Origin: Lentimicrobiaceae bacterium | GTDB lineage: Bacteria > Bacteroidota > Bacteroidia > Bacteroidales > F082 | Length of the DNA: 64,000 nt | Direction of reading: 5' to 3' | NCBI GenBank assembly: GCA_015061365.1 | Contig: SUWS01000002.1 | Coordinates: 22,806 to 86,805, forward strand | Part shown: piece after piece, positions 19,597 through 29,200 of the stretch | Position numbering within the stretch: position 1 is the stretch's first letter | Layout of the letters: each line of letters opens with the position of its first letter | Made by a program: the position numbers and the translations under genes | Notes under the pieces: model-generated | Databases searched by the model: none | Seen by the model: the letters and a program-made list of their open reading frames with translations, nothing else | What the model was told of the DNA's origin: nothing

Positions 19597-20511
19597 ATGA
19601 AACCCTCTAACGAAATCACATCATCACCATCAAACGAAAAAGGTGAGATAGTTCTTTATCAGCCTGATGAAAGCATCCGCTTGGAGGTGCGAATAGAAGA
19701 TGAAACAGTTTGGCTGACGCAACAGCAAATTGCGGATTTATTTGGAGTGAAGCAACCTGCTATCTCTAAACATCTGAAAAACATATTTAAAGATGGTGAA
19801 TTGGATGAAAATTCAGTGTATTCCATTTTGGAATATACTGCAACAGATGGTAAGAAATATGCCACAAAATTCTATAATTTAGATGCTATTCTTTCTGTAG
19901 GCTACCGCGTCAACAGTATAAATGCTACAACTTTTAGAAGATGGGCTAATAATGTTCTGAAGCAATATCTTCTTAGGGGATATGCGGTTCACCCTACTCT
20001 TCAACAAGTGGAATATCATCTTTCAAAGCAGATTGAATGCCAGCGAGAGGAATTGTTTCTTCTGCAACAACAAATACAAAACCACGAACAAAAAATAGAT
20101 TTCCTTATCCAGAAAGAACAACCTGTTACAGAGCAACTTTTTTCTACGGGCTGTGTATGGGACGCTTATACTTTCGTCTCTAATCTCGTTCGTTCTGCGA
20201 CAAAGAGAATAATTCTCATAGATTCCTTCGTTGATGAACGCACTCTGATGATCTTGGATAAACGTGCCGATGGCGTGAATTGTGATATATATACCCGATT
20301 CAACTACAAACTACAACTCGACCTTCAGAAACATGAACAGCAATGCAGACGTATTGTCGTAACTCAATTTTCTAAGGCTATCCATGACCGCTATCTCATT
20401 ATAGATGATGAGGTATGGCTCATGGGTGCTTCTATGAAAGATATGGGAAGAGGGTTATGCACTGTCATCAAACTGGGATTTAGTCCTGAAGAAATTTTGA
20501 AAAGAATTTAA
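19597..20511 (+). CDS. RhuM-family protein with a conserved C-terminal HDRYLIID domain
   Basis: GEIVLYQPDESIRLEVRIEDETVWLTQQQIADLF...NLDAILSVGYRVNS...FRRWA is the RhuM pattern. The C-terminal 150 aa are near-identical to the paralogue at 20566..21450. Confidence 0.7.
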   Translation: MKPSNEITSSPSNEKGEIVLYQPDESIRLEVRIEDETVWLTQQQIADLFGVKQPAISKHLKNIFKDGELDENSVYSILEYTATDGKKYATKFYNLDAILSVGYRVNSINATTFRRWANNVLKQYLLRGYAVHPTLQQVEYHLSKQIECQREELFLLQQQIQNHEQKIDFLIQKEQPVTEQLFSTGCVWDAYTFVSNLVRSATKRIILIDSFVDERTLMILDKRADGVNCDIYTRFNYKLQLDLQKHEQQCRRIVVTQFSKAIHDRYLIIDDEVWLMGASMKDMGRGLCTVIKLGFSPEEILKRI

Positions 20512-20565
20512 TTTAAAGATAAACCAGTTCAGAGCTCATGGCTCGGTGCCCATAGTCAAAAACAA

Positions 20566-21450
20566 ATGGAACCTAAAAATAAAAGCACATTATTACCGAC
20601 AGGCGAAAAAGGAGAGATAGTTCTTTATCAGCCTGATGAAAGCATCCGCTTGGAGGTGCGAATAGAAAACGAAACCGTTTGGCTGACGCAAGCTCAGATG
20701 GCTGAGTTGTTTAGCAAAGACATATCCGTTATCTCAAGACATATATCTCGAATATTCAAAGATGGTGAATTGGATAAAAATAGCAATTTGCAAAAAATGC
20801 AAATTCCTAATTCTGACAAACCTATCAGTATCTATTCTTTGGATATGATTATTTCAGTTGGTTATAGAGTCAATAGCCGTCAAGGTGTTGCGTTTAGGCG
20901 TTGGGCTACTCGCGTGTTGAAAGAATATATGCTCAGAGGCTTTTCTGTCAATCAGCATCTTATATCTTTACAAGAACATATCGACAACCGTTTCTATTCT
21001 CTTGAATCACGCGTTGATGATCACGAACAAAAAATAGATTTCCTTATCCAGAAAGAACAACCTGTTACAGAGCAACTCTTTTCTACGGGCTGTGTATGGG
21101 ACGCTTATACTTTCGTCTCTAATCTCGTTCGTTCTGCGACAAAGAGAATAATTCTCATAGATTCATTCGTTGATGAACGCACTCTGATGATCTTGGATAA
21201 ACGTGCCGATGGCGTGAATTGTGATATATATACCCGATTCAACTACAAACTACAACTCGACCTTCAGAAACATGAACAGCAATGCAGACGTATTGTCGTA
21301 ACTCAATTTTCTAAGGCTATCCATGACCGTTATCTTATTATAGATGATGAGGTATGGCTCTTGGGTGCATCTGTAAAAGATATGGGAAGAGGGTTATGCA
21401 CTGTCATCAAACTGGGATTTTGTCCTGAGGAAATTTTGAAAAGAATTTAA
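20566..21450 (+). CDS. RhuM-family protein, paralogue
   Basis: Same architecture. The N-terminal core is diverged and the C-terminal half is near-identical at nucleotide level to 20083-20511. Confidence 0.7.
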   Translation: MEPKNKSTLLPTGEKGEIVLYQPDESIRLEVRIENETVWLTQAQMAELFSKDISVISRHISRIFKDGELDKNSNLQKMQIPNSDKPISIYSLDMIISVGYRVNSRQGVAFRRWATRVLKEYMLRGFSVNQHLISLQEHIDNRFYSLESRVDDHEQKIDFLIQKEQPVTEQLFSTGCVWDAYTFVSNLVRSATKRIILIDSFVDERTLMILDKRADGVNCDIYTRFNYKLQLDLQKHEQQCRRIVVTQFSKAIHDRYLIIDDEVWLLGASVKDMGRGLCTVIKLGFCPEEILKRI

Positions 21451-21495
21451 TTAACATAACAAACGCTGACAACTAATAACTTAAACCAAAATATT

Positions 21496-22920
21496 GTGAA
21501 TTTCAATGAAATAATAGAGTTGATCTCAAATAACGAGTCTCTGACTTTAGAACTGAAGAAAAGCACAGGAGAACTGAAAGATGCCATGCATTCGGCTTGT
21601 GCGTTCTTAAATTCAGAAGGTGGTATGCTGATTTTCGGTGTAACACCAAAGTCATTGAGAATTGTCGGACAAGAAGTCAGTGATAACACTAAGCAAGAAA
21701 TCGCAAATGCTCTATCTAATATAGAACCAGCTGTGGATGTCCGTATTGAGTATATAAGCATACCTGATAATCTAAAAAATAAGATTATCGTACTGAGATT
21801 CGAGCCTTTTGCCTGGGGAAAGCGACCATATACTTATAACGGCCGTCCTTATTACAGAATAGAAAGTACGACTAAGGTTATGCCTCGAGAAATGTTCGAG
21901 GAACGTCTGAAGGCCGCTAAACCCAACTTCTACTCGTGGGAACGACAAAAAGCCGAGGGTGTAAATTTAACAGATTTAAATGAGAATCGTCTAAGAGGTG
22001 CAATTCGTTTGGGAGTTGAGCGCGGCAGAATGTTAGAGACGACACTTACTGAAAATATAGAAATCATATTAGACAAATTACATCTTCTGACAGATGGTGC
22101 TCCTAACAACGCTGCTGCGGCTCTATTTACAACCAATATCAACGAATATCCACAATTCAAGTTGCGCATGGCTCGTTTTGTCGGGACAAACAAGAATGAG
22201 TTTATCGACAATGTCAGGGTAGAGGGAAACATTTTTGATTTGTTAGATGCTGGTATGTCGTTTTTTTTCAAGCATCTTTCACAAAATGGTAAGATAGTAG
22301 GATTTGAAAGAAAAGAACAATTGGAAATACCGGCTGAAGCTCTTAGAGAAGCACTTATAAATGCTATATGTCATCGACAGTATGAAAAATACAATCTTAC
22401 GATAGGCATATCGATATATGATGATCGTGTTGAAATTGAGAATCCTGGTGAATTCCCGAAGCAGCTAACAATAAAGACTATTAGAGAGCCACATCTTTCA
22501 TATCCGTACAATCCAATAATTGCAGAGGTGTTATTCAAAACCACATTCTTAGAAAATTGGGGATCTGGGATAGGCAGAATAATAGAAAAATGTAAAGAAT
22601 GTAATTTGCCAGAACCGGAATGGAACATTAATGGTGGTTTTGTTATAGTAACATTTAGAAGACCTATAACTGTTTCTCCCATAAATGAGCCCATAAATGA
22701 GCCCATAAATGAGCCCATAAATGAGCCCATAAATAAAAGGCAAAAAATGATAATTGAATTAATGAGATCCGAACCTCATATTACAAGACAATTGTTAAGC
22801 CAGAGATTAGAAGTTTCTCTTGCAACTATTAAGAGAGATATACAGATTCTGAATAGCAAGCAGATAGTCAGATATGTTGGTGATAAAAAAAATGGATACT
22901 GGAAAATCATAAAGAATTGA
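21496..22920 (+). CDS. AlbA_2 (Schlafen-like) / ATPase-like / wHTH putative regulator
   Basis: ESLTLELKKSTGELKDAMHSACAFLNSEGGMLIFGV (AlbA_2 N-terminus), ALINAICHRQYE (HATPase_c_4-like) and a C-terminal HTH-like tail. GTG start. Confidence 0.7.
   Translation: MNFNEIIELISNNESLTLELKKSTGELKDAMHSACAFLNSEGGMLIFGVTPKSLRIVGQEVSDNTKQEIANALSNIEPAVDVRIEYISIPDNLKNKIIVLRFEPFAWGKRPYTYNGRPYYRIESTTKVMPREMFEERLKAAKPNFYSWERQKAEGVNLTDLNENRLRGAIRLGVERGRMLETTLTENIEIILDKLHLLTDGAPNNAAAALFTTNINEYPQFKLRMARFVGTNKNEFIDNVRVEGNIFDLLDAGMSFFFKHLSQNGKIVGFERKEQLEIPAEALREALINAICHRQYEKYNLTIGISIYDDRVEIENPGEFPKQLTIKTIREPHLSYPYNPIIAEVLFKTTFLENWGSGIGRIIEKCKECNLPEPEWNINGGFVIVTFRRPITVSPINEPINEPINEPINEPINKRQKMIIELMRSEPHITRQLLSQRLEVSLATIKRDIQILNSKQIVRYVGDKKNGYWKIIKN
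22678..22735 (+). repeat. In-frame tandem 12-mer (cccataaatgag x about 4.8) encoding (PINE)n
   Basis: Direct reading: four perfect 12-bp units plus a partial fifth, located in the linker before the C-terminal HTH-like region. Confidence 0.95.
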
Positions 22921-22950
22921 ATTATTTGATTGATTAAAGATATAACAACT

Positions 22951-24195
22951 ATGTCACAAAATCGCATTTATCTCTGTCTCGCTCACATGAGTGGCAACGA
23001 GCAGAAATTCATACAAGAGGCTTTTGATACCAATTGGGTTGTGCCTCTCGGTCCTAATGTCAACGGATTTGAAGCTGACCTCGAAGCTTTCGTTGGTAAA
23101 AATAAAAAAGTAGTCGCTTTATCGGCTGGCACTGCTGCCGTTCATCTCGCATTACTCGCATGTGGAGTAGGTCAAGGTGATGAGGTAATTGTGCAATCGT
23201 TTACATTCTGTGCTTCTTCAAATCCAATAACTTATCTCGGTGCAACGCCAGTCTTCGTCGATTCAGAACACGAGACATGGAACATGGATCCTCAGCTTCT
23301 CGAGGAAGCAATAAAAGACCGCATCGCTAAGACTGGCAAGAAACCTAAAGCGATAATTCCGGTCGCTCTTTATGGTATGCCATACAAAATCGAGGAGATA
23401 ATGGGAATAGCAAACAGATACGAAATTCCTGTAATAGAAGACGCAGCTGAAGGATTTGGTTCCAAATATAAAGGTCAGGTTCTCGGAACTTTCGGTAAGT
23501 TTGGTATTCTTTCTTTCAATGGTAATAAGATGATTACGACTTCCGGAGGCGGTGCTCTGGTATGTGAAAATGATGCAGCTAAACAGGAGATGATGTTCTA
23601 TGCTACTCAGGCTCGCGAGAATTATCCTTATTATCAACACGAAAAGATTGGCTACAACTATCGTATGTCTAATATCTGTGCTGGTATAGGTCGTGGACAG
23701 ATGACTGTGGCTGACGTGCATATCAAACATCATCAGCATGTTTGTCAGCTTTATAAAGAACTACTGAAAGATATTGAAGGAATTAAGTTGCAAGAGAATC
23801 CTTCTACAGATTATGATAGTAACTATTGGCTTAACACTATAATCATAGAACCTTGTGTTAAGGTTAAAGGCGAGGAAAACGCGTACGCTCAGACTATTCA
23901 AGGTGCTGTGGGCGGAGCTGGTAGCGTGACTCACATAGCTTCTACATTAACGACAGATTGTCAGCCTAATAATAATGTCGAGGCTATGCGTATAGCATTA
24001 GATAAAGCTGGCATAGAAGCTCGTCCTCTTTGGAAACCAATGCATAAACAACCAGTTTATAAAAATAATCCTGCTTACATCAATGGCGTAAGTGAAGAAT
24101 TATTCAAAAAAGGATTATGTCTTCCATCAGGACCTTGTGTAAGTGATGATGATGTGAGATATATTGTTAAAAATATAGTTGAGAGTTTAATATGA
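22951..24195 (+). CDS. DegT/DnrJ/EryC1/StrS family sugar aminotransferase
   Basis: [25 protein letters not shown]..., [16 protein letters not shown] (PLP Lys region). ATG at 22951 preferred over the TTG at 22930. Confidence 0.85.
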   Translation: MSQNRIYLCLAHMSGNEQKFIQEAFDTNWVVPLGPNVNGFEADLEAFVGKNKKVVALSAGTAAVHLALLACGVGQGDEVIVQSFTFCASSNPITYLGATPVFVDSEHETWNMDPQLLEEAIKDRIAKTGKKPKAIIPVALYGMPYKIEEIMGIANRYEIPVIEDAAEGFGSKYKGQVLGTFGKFGILSFNGNKMITTSGGGALVCENDAAKQEMMFYATQARENYPYYQHEKIGYNYRMSNICAGIGRGQMTVADVHIKHHQHVCQLYKELLKDIEGIKLQENPSTDYDSNYWLNTIIIEPCVKVKGEENAYAQTIQGAVGGAGSVTHIASTLTTDCQPNNNVEAMRIALDKAGIEARPLWKPMHKQPVYKNNPAYINGVSEELFKKGLCLPSGPCVSDDDVRYIVKNIVESLI

Positions 24196-25268
24196 AAAAA
24201 GTAGCATTAATTACAGGTATTACTGGTCAGGATGGTTCTTTCTTGGCTGAGTTTTTATTAGAGAAGGGTTATGAAGTACACGGTGTTATTCGTCGTTCTT
24301 CTTCCTTCAATACTGGTCGTATAGAGCATCTTTATTTAGATGAATGGGTGCGTGATATGCACAACAAGCGTTTAGTCAATCTTCACTATGGTGATATGAC
24401 TGATTCAAGTTCTTTGATTAATATTCTCCGTAAGACAAATCCGGATGAGATTTATAACTTGGCAGCTCAAAGTCACGTTAAAGTGAGTTTCGATGTTCCG
24501 GAATATACGGCAGATGCTGATGCTATCGGTGTCTTGAGACTTCTTGAGGCTGTACGTATTCTCGGTATGGAAAAGAAGACAAGAATATATCAGGCTTCTA
24601 CTTCAGAGCTTTATGGTTTGGTACAAGAGGTTCCTCAGAAAGAGACTACTCCTTTCTATCCTCGTTCTCCTTACGGCGTAGCTAAACAATATGGATTCTG
24701 GATAACAAAGAATTATCGTGAAAGTTACGGTATGTTCGCTGTTAACGGCATCCTCTTCAATCATGAATCTGAGCGTAGAGGTGAGACTTTCGTAACTCGT
24801 AAGATTACCTTGGCAGCTGCTCGTATCGCTCAAGGTTTTCAAGATAAATTGTATCTCGGTAACTTAAATGCTCTTCGCGACTGGGGTTATGCTAAAGATT
24901 ATGTGGAATGTATGTGGCTAATCTTACAACATGAGACACCAGAAGATTTCGTTATCGCAACAGGTGAATATCATACAGTTAGAGAATTCACTACTCTTGC
25001 ATTCAAAGAAGTGGGTATTAACTTGAGATGGGAAGGTGAAGGTGTTGATGAAAGAGGTATTGATATTGCAACAGGAAAAGAACTCGTTGCTGTTGATCCT
25101 CGTTTCTTCCGTCCTGCCGAAGTTGAGCAGCTCCTCGGTGATCCGACAAAAGCGAAACAGCTTCTCGGATGGAATCCTCGTAAAACGTCGTTTGAGGAAT
25201 TAGTTCGCATCATGATCGAACATGATATGAAGTTCGTGAAGAAGATACATCTTAAAGCTCAGATATGA
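24192..25268 (+). CDS. gmd: GDP-mannose 4,6-dehydratase
   Basis: [29 protein letters not shown]...SELYG...[11 protein letters not shown]...[19 protein letters not shown]. Confidence 0.95.
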   Translation: MKKVALITGITGQDGSFLAEFLLEKGYEVHGVIRRSSSFNTGRIEHLYLDEWVRDMHNKRLVNLHYGDMTDSSSLINILRKTNPDEIYNLAAQSHVKVSFDVPEYTADADAIGVLRLLEAVRILGMEKKTRIYQASTSELYGLVQEVPQKETTPFYPRSPYGVAKQYGFWITKNYRESYGMFAVNGILFNHESERRGETFVTRKITLAAARIAQGFQDKLYLGNLNALRDWGYAKDYVECMWLILQHETPEDFVIATGEYHTVREFTTLAFKEVGINLRWEGEGVDERGIDIATGKELVAVDPRFFRPAEVEQLLGDPTKAKQLLGWNPRKTSFEELVRIMIEHDMKFVKKIHLKAQI

Positions 25269-26338
25269 ATATAAACACAAAAATATATATCGCAGGTCAT
25301 AAAGGCTTAGTCGGTTCTGCCATCTGGAATAATCTTATGTCGAGAGGTTATACTAATTTGGTTGGTCGTACTCATCAGGAGCTCGACCTTCTTGATGCTG
25401 CTGCTGTTAAAAAGTTCTTCGATGAGGAGAAACCTGAAGCGGTTGTTCTTGCTGCTGCTCATGTCGGCGGTATCATGGCAAATAATATTTATCGTGCAGA
25501 CTTCATATATAATAACTTACAGATACAACAAAATGTCATAGGTGAAAGTTTTCGCCATAATGTTAAGAAATTGTTATTTTTAGGTAGTACTTGCATCTAT
25601 CCTCGTGAGGCTCCTCAGCCGATGAAAGAGGATTGTTTGTTGACAGATACTTTAGAATATACGAATGAACCATACGCTATCGCTAAGATTGCTGGTCTCA
25701 AGATGTGCGAGAGTTTTAATATTCAATATGGAACTAACTACATCGCAGTGATGCCTACTAATCTTTATGGTCCTAACGATAATTTTCATCTTGAGAAGAG
25801 TCACGTTCTTCCTGCTATGATTCGTAAGATTCATCTCGCAAAATGTCTTAACGAGAATGATTGGGAATCGGTTAGAAAAGACTTGAATCTTCGTCCTGTC
25901 GAAGGAATAGACGGAAATAATTCTGATGAAGAAATTTTAAAGGTTCTTGCCAAGTATGGTATATTTCCTGAGGCTGTAACATTATGGGGAACAGGAACTC
26001 CGATGCGTGAATTCTTATGGAGTGAGGAGATGGCTGATGCCAGTGTCCATGTTTTGCTCAACGTTGATTTCAAAGACACTTACGATGCTTCACAAAAAGA
26101 GATTCGTAATTGTCATATCAATGTAGGTACCGGTAAGGAAGTCTCGATTCGTCAAGCTGCTGAGATGATTGTAAAAGAAATTGATTTTAAAGGCGAACTT
26201 CGCTGGGATTCTACAAAACCTGACGGTACAATGAGAAAGCTTACAGATGTTACTAAACTGCATAATTTAGGTTGGCATCATAAGATAGAAATAGATGAAG
26301 GTATTCACAGAATGTATAAGTGGTATTTGAATAATTAA
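25265..26338 (+). CDS. fcl: GDP-L-fucose synthase
   Basis: [14 protein letters not shown]...[12 protein letters not shown]...LGSTCIYPR...[11 protein letters not shown]...[11 protein letters not shown]. Has a 4-nt ATGA overlap with gmd. Confidence 0.95.
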   Translation: MNINTKIYIAGHKGLVGSAIWNNLMSRGYTNLVGRTHQELDLLDAAAVKKFFDEEKPEAVVLAAAHVGGIMANNIYRADFIYNNLQIQQNVIGESFRHNVKKLLFLGSTCIYPREAPQPMKEDCLLTDTLEYTNEPYAIAKIAGLKMCESFNIQYGTNYIAVMPTNLYGPNDNFHLEKSHVLPAMIRKIHLAKCLNENDWESVRKDLNLRPVEGIDGNNSDEEILKVLAKYGIFPEAVTLWGTGTPMREFLWSEEMADASVHVLLNVDFKDTYDASQKEIRNCHINVGTGKEVSIRQAAEMIVKEIDFKGELRWDSTKPDGTMRKLTDVTKLHNLGWHHKIEIDEGIHRMYKWYLNN

Positions 26339-26662
26339 AGTTAATAGTTGATAGTTTATAGTTAATAGTAGTTTGCAAGTTGAAAGTTAATAAGTCTTAA
26401 AGTTTATATAGTACCAACTTATCAACTTCAAAACTATAAACTATGAACTTTAAACTATGAACATTTGAATAATTAAAGTTAATAGTTGATAGTTTATAGT
26501 TAATAGTAGTTTGCAAGTTGAAAGTTAATAAGTTTTAAAGTTTATCATAGTACTAACTTATCAACTTTAAACCATAAACTTTACAACCACTATAAACTAT
26601 GAACTTTAAACTATAAACTTTATAACTACTATAAACTATGAACTTTAAACTATAAACTTTAT
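26339..26662. repeat. Composite palindromic low-complexity spacer (C-poor arm + G-poor arm, about 2.5 units)
   Basis: aaagttaatagttgatagtttatagttaatagtagtttgcaagttgaaagttaataagt... is followed by its imperfect reverse complement. It includes a second copy of the last 14 nt of fcl at 26463-26476. Confidence 0.85.
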
Positions 26663-27835
26663 ATGAAAAAAGTATTCGTCTCAGGTTGCTATGACCTTCT
26701 TCATAGCGGTCATGTCGAGTTTTTCCGTCAAGCAGCTCAATATGGTGAGTTGTATGTAGGTATAGGTTCTGACAAGACCATATTACATTATAAAAATCAT
26801 AAGACTGTTTATTCTGAACAGGAGCGTCTCTTTATGGTGAAGAGCATCAAATACGTGAAAGATGCTTTTATTAATTCTGGACGCGGTATCTTGGATTTTA
26901 TTCCTACTTTGGATATTGTAAAACCTGATATTCTTGTCGTGAATAGCGATGGTGGCTCTGACTCAAAACGTAAAGTCTGCGAAGAAAGAGGCATAGAATA
27001 TATAGTTCTTGAACGCGACCCGCACGAAGGTCTTGAAGCTCGTAGTAGCACCGAATTGAAAAAGAGTCCTTGTAAACTTCCAACAAGATTAGATTTAGCT
27101 GGTACATGGATCGATCAGCCATACGTCAGTTGTCATGCTCCGGGATGGGCTTTGACAATAAGTCTTGAACCTTCTTTCGAAATTCGTGAACGTTGTGGAT
27201 TGAGTACTTCAACTCGTAATATAATCAAACGTATATGGCCTTACCAACTTCCGAATATGGATCCTGAGACTTTGGCTCGTTTGGTTTTCTGCTTTGAAAA
27301 TCATCCTGAGAGAGAAGACGGTATCATTAGCGGAGCTCAAGATGCAATAGGTATCTGTGTCCCTGGTCTGTGTCGTCATTATTATGACAATCACTTTTGG
27401 CCCGACAGAATCGAGACTTGTGAAGATGAGGATGTGTTATGTTGGTTAGAGAATCATCTTTGCATGATTCCGATGGAACCTCGTCGTCCTGGTTGCTCTG
27501 TGATTGAAGGGATGGATATTACAAAGACAAAAGTTGAAACTCTTGCAAAAGCTGCCGATGATTGTTGGTATGCTATAATGAATACTGATTTAGAATTATT
27601 TGCAAAGGCATATAAGGATTCTTTCAACGCACAAGTGGCTATGTTCCCTGCTATGATTCAAGGTTGTGTACAAGAATATATTGACAAATATTCTGTTATG
27701 GACGATGTACTTGCATGGAAGATGCCAGGTGCTGGCGGCGGCGGTTACTTGGCTTGCGTTGTGAAAGATACAGACGCTTTCTGTGAAAAACATAATGAGG
27801 TTATTAAATTAAAGATAAGAAGATCAGGATTTTAG
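26663..27835 (+). CDS. Fusion of a cytidylyltransferase-like domain and a GHMP (fucokinase-like) sugar kinase domain
   Basis: N-terminus VFVSGCYDLLHSGHVEFFRQAAQYGELYVGIGSD (HxGH). C-terminus LDLAGTWIDQPY, GLSTST, GAQDAIG and MPGAGGGGY, which are GHMP/fucokinase-type motifs. Confidence 0.6.
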   Translation: MKKVFVSGCYDLLHSGHVEFFRQAAQYGELYVGIGSDKTILHYKNHKTVYSEQERLFMVKSIKYVKDAFINSGRGILDFIPTLDIVKPDILVVNSDGGSDSKRKVCEERGIEYIVLERDPHEGLEARSSTELKKSPCKLPTRLDLAGTWIDQPYVSCHAPGWALTISLEPSFEIRERCGLSTSTRNIIKRIWPYQLPNMDPETLARLVFCFENHPEREDGIISGAQDAIGICVPGLCRHYYDNHFWPDRIETCEDEDVLCWLENHLCMIPMEPRRPGCSVIEGMDITKTKVETLAKAADDCWYAIMNTDLELFAKAYKDSFNAQVAMFPAMIQGCVQEYIDKYSVMDDVLAWKMPGAGGGGYLACVVKDTDAFCEKHNEVIKLKIRRSGF

Positions 27836-27983
27836 GAAAAGTTCATAGTTAATAGTTTATAGTTAATAGAAGTTCGCAAGTTGAAAGTTGTTAAGTTTAA
27901 AAGTTTATCTTAGCAGCAACTTATCAACTATAAACTTTACAACTACTATAAACTATCAACTATACACTATAAACTTTAAAAAT
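27836..27983. repeat. Palindromic low-complexity spacer
   Basis: The C-poor arm starts right after the stop and the G-poor arm runs to ATG 27984. The inner stem agttgttaagtt / aacttatcaact is visible. Confidence 0.8.
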
Positions 27984-28307
27984 ATGAAACGTTATTGCCA
28001 AACCCTAACGCTCGTCAATGACACAGAATTGATAGAGAAATATGTAGAGGTTCATTCTCATGTTTGGCCTGAGATAATAGAAGGTCAACATGAGGTGGGA
28101 ATCTTGGATATGCAGATTTTTATTAAAGACAATCTGCTTTTTATGATATGCGACACCGTCGATGATTTCGACTGGGAACGTGATATGGCTCGACTTGCTA
28201 CTCTTCCTCGTCAGGCTGAATGGGAAGCTTATGTGGCGCAGTTTCAAGGATGTCGTGCCGACGCTCGCTCCGATGAGAAATGGCAAAGGATGGAAAGAAT
28301 ATTTTAG
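27984..28307 (+). CDS. L-rhamnose/L-fucose mutarotase-like protein (RhaM family)
   Basis: MKRYCQTLTLVNDTELIEKYVEVHSHVWPEIIEG...GILDMQIF.. matches the RhaM-type pattern. The start is placed after the repeat element rather than at track start 27888. Confidence 0.65.
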   Translation: MKRYCQTLTLVNDTELIEKYVEVHSHVWPEIIEGQHEVGILDMQIFIKDNLLFMICDTVDDFDWERDMARLATLPRQAEWEAYVAQFQGCRADARSDEKWQRMERIF

Positions 28308-28617
28308 TTGATAGTTTATAGTTCATAGTTGATAGTTTATAGTTGATAGTAGTTTACAAGTTGAGAGTTGTTAAGTTTTAAAGTTTATATAGTACCAACT
28401 TATCAACTTCAAAACTATAAACTATGAACTTTAAACTATGAACATTTGAATAATTAAAGTTAATAGTTGATAGTTTATAGTTAATAGTAGTTCGCAAGTT
28501 GAAAGTTAATAAGTTTTAAAGTTTATCATAGTACTATCTTATCAACTTCAAAACTATAAACTTTCCAACTACTATGAACTATTAACTATGAACTTAAAAC
28601 CTTACTAACCAAATATT
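28308..28617. repeat. Composite palindromic low-complexity spacer with a third copy of the fcl tail
   Basis: 28386-28535 is near-identical to 26407-26555 and includes atttgaataattaa at 28444-28457. Confidence 0.85.
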
Positions 28618-28974
28618 ATGGAACTTTTTGGATATAGAAAATTAATTGCTTATCAAAAATCAAAAGAGCTAGTTCGTCATACATATAAATTATTAGATAA
28701 ATTCCCTACTACAGAAAGATATGCATTGTGTGATCAACTACGTAGATCTAGTATATCAATCACATCGAATATAGCAGAAGGTGTGAATCGTTTTTCGTTG
28801 AAAGAGAAACTGCATTTTATCGAAATATCTTTTGCGTCATTGATGGAGGTGTCAAGTCAATTTGAAATAGCTGAGGATTTGGGATATATTTCTACTGAAG
28901 AGAGATTAAATGTTGATGTATTGATAGAAGAAATCGCAAGATTATTATCTGGATTAAGAAAATCGTTTAAATAG
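28618..28974 (+). CDS. Four-helix-bundle protein (23S rRNA intervening-sequence protein family)
   Basis: YQKSKELVRHTYKLLDKFPTTERYALCDQLRRSSISITSNIAEG is the signature. Confidence 0.85.
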   Translation: MELFGYRKLIAYQKSKELVRHTYKLLDKFPTTERYALCDQLRRSSISITSNIAEGVNRFSLKEKLHFIEISFASLMEVSSQFEIAEDLGYISTEERLNVDVLIEEIARLLSGLRKSFK

Positions 28975-29200
28975 TTGTTTATTGGTTTATAGTTCATAGT
29001 TGATAGTAGTCTACAAGTTGAGAGTTGGAAGTTTAAAAGTTTATAGAAGTTCATGGAATCAATAGGATACAGTGTGAACGTCGAGCAAATAAACTTTAAA
29101 CTAAACTATAAACTTTCCAACTACTATGAACTATTAACTATTAACTATGAACTTTAAAACTACTCTACACCCTAAACTCTACACTCTAAACTTAAAAAAA
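28975..29200. repeat. Palindromic low-complexity spacer
   Basis: Same element family, ending at ATG 29201. Confidence 0.75.

Noticed and set aside
27888-27983. N-terminal extensions in the ORF track that read through the repeat elements (27888, 29147), plus the upstream alternative starts 14903, 16649, 30308, 36047 and 44387.
   Set aside because: The extensions at 27888 and 29147 translate repeat DNA (for example LSTINFTTTINYQLYTINFKN). The others overlap the upstream gene or start at TTG. In every case an ATG sits directly at the end of the spacer or just after the upstream stop.
28618-28974. The four-helix-bundle protein as an Avd-like accessory protein of a diversity-generating retroelement.
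   Set aside because: No reverse transcriptase and no template/variable repeat pair exist anywhere in the window. This family is very common as a stand-alone gene in Bacteroidota.
26339-29200. The repeated spacers as a CRISPR array.
   Set aside because: The repeats are imperfect palindromes of variable length that separate full-length genes, not unique 30-40-bp spacers. No cas genes are present.
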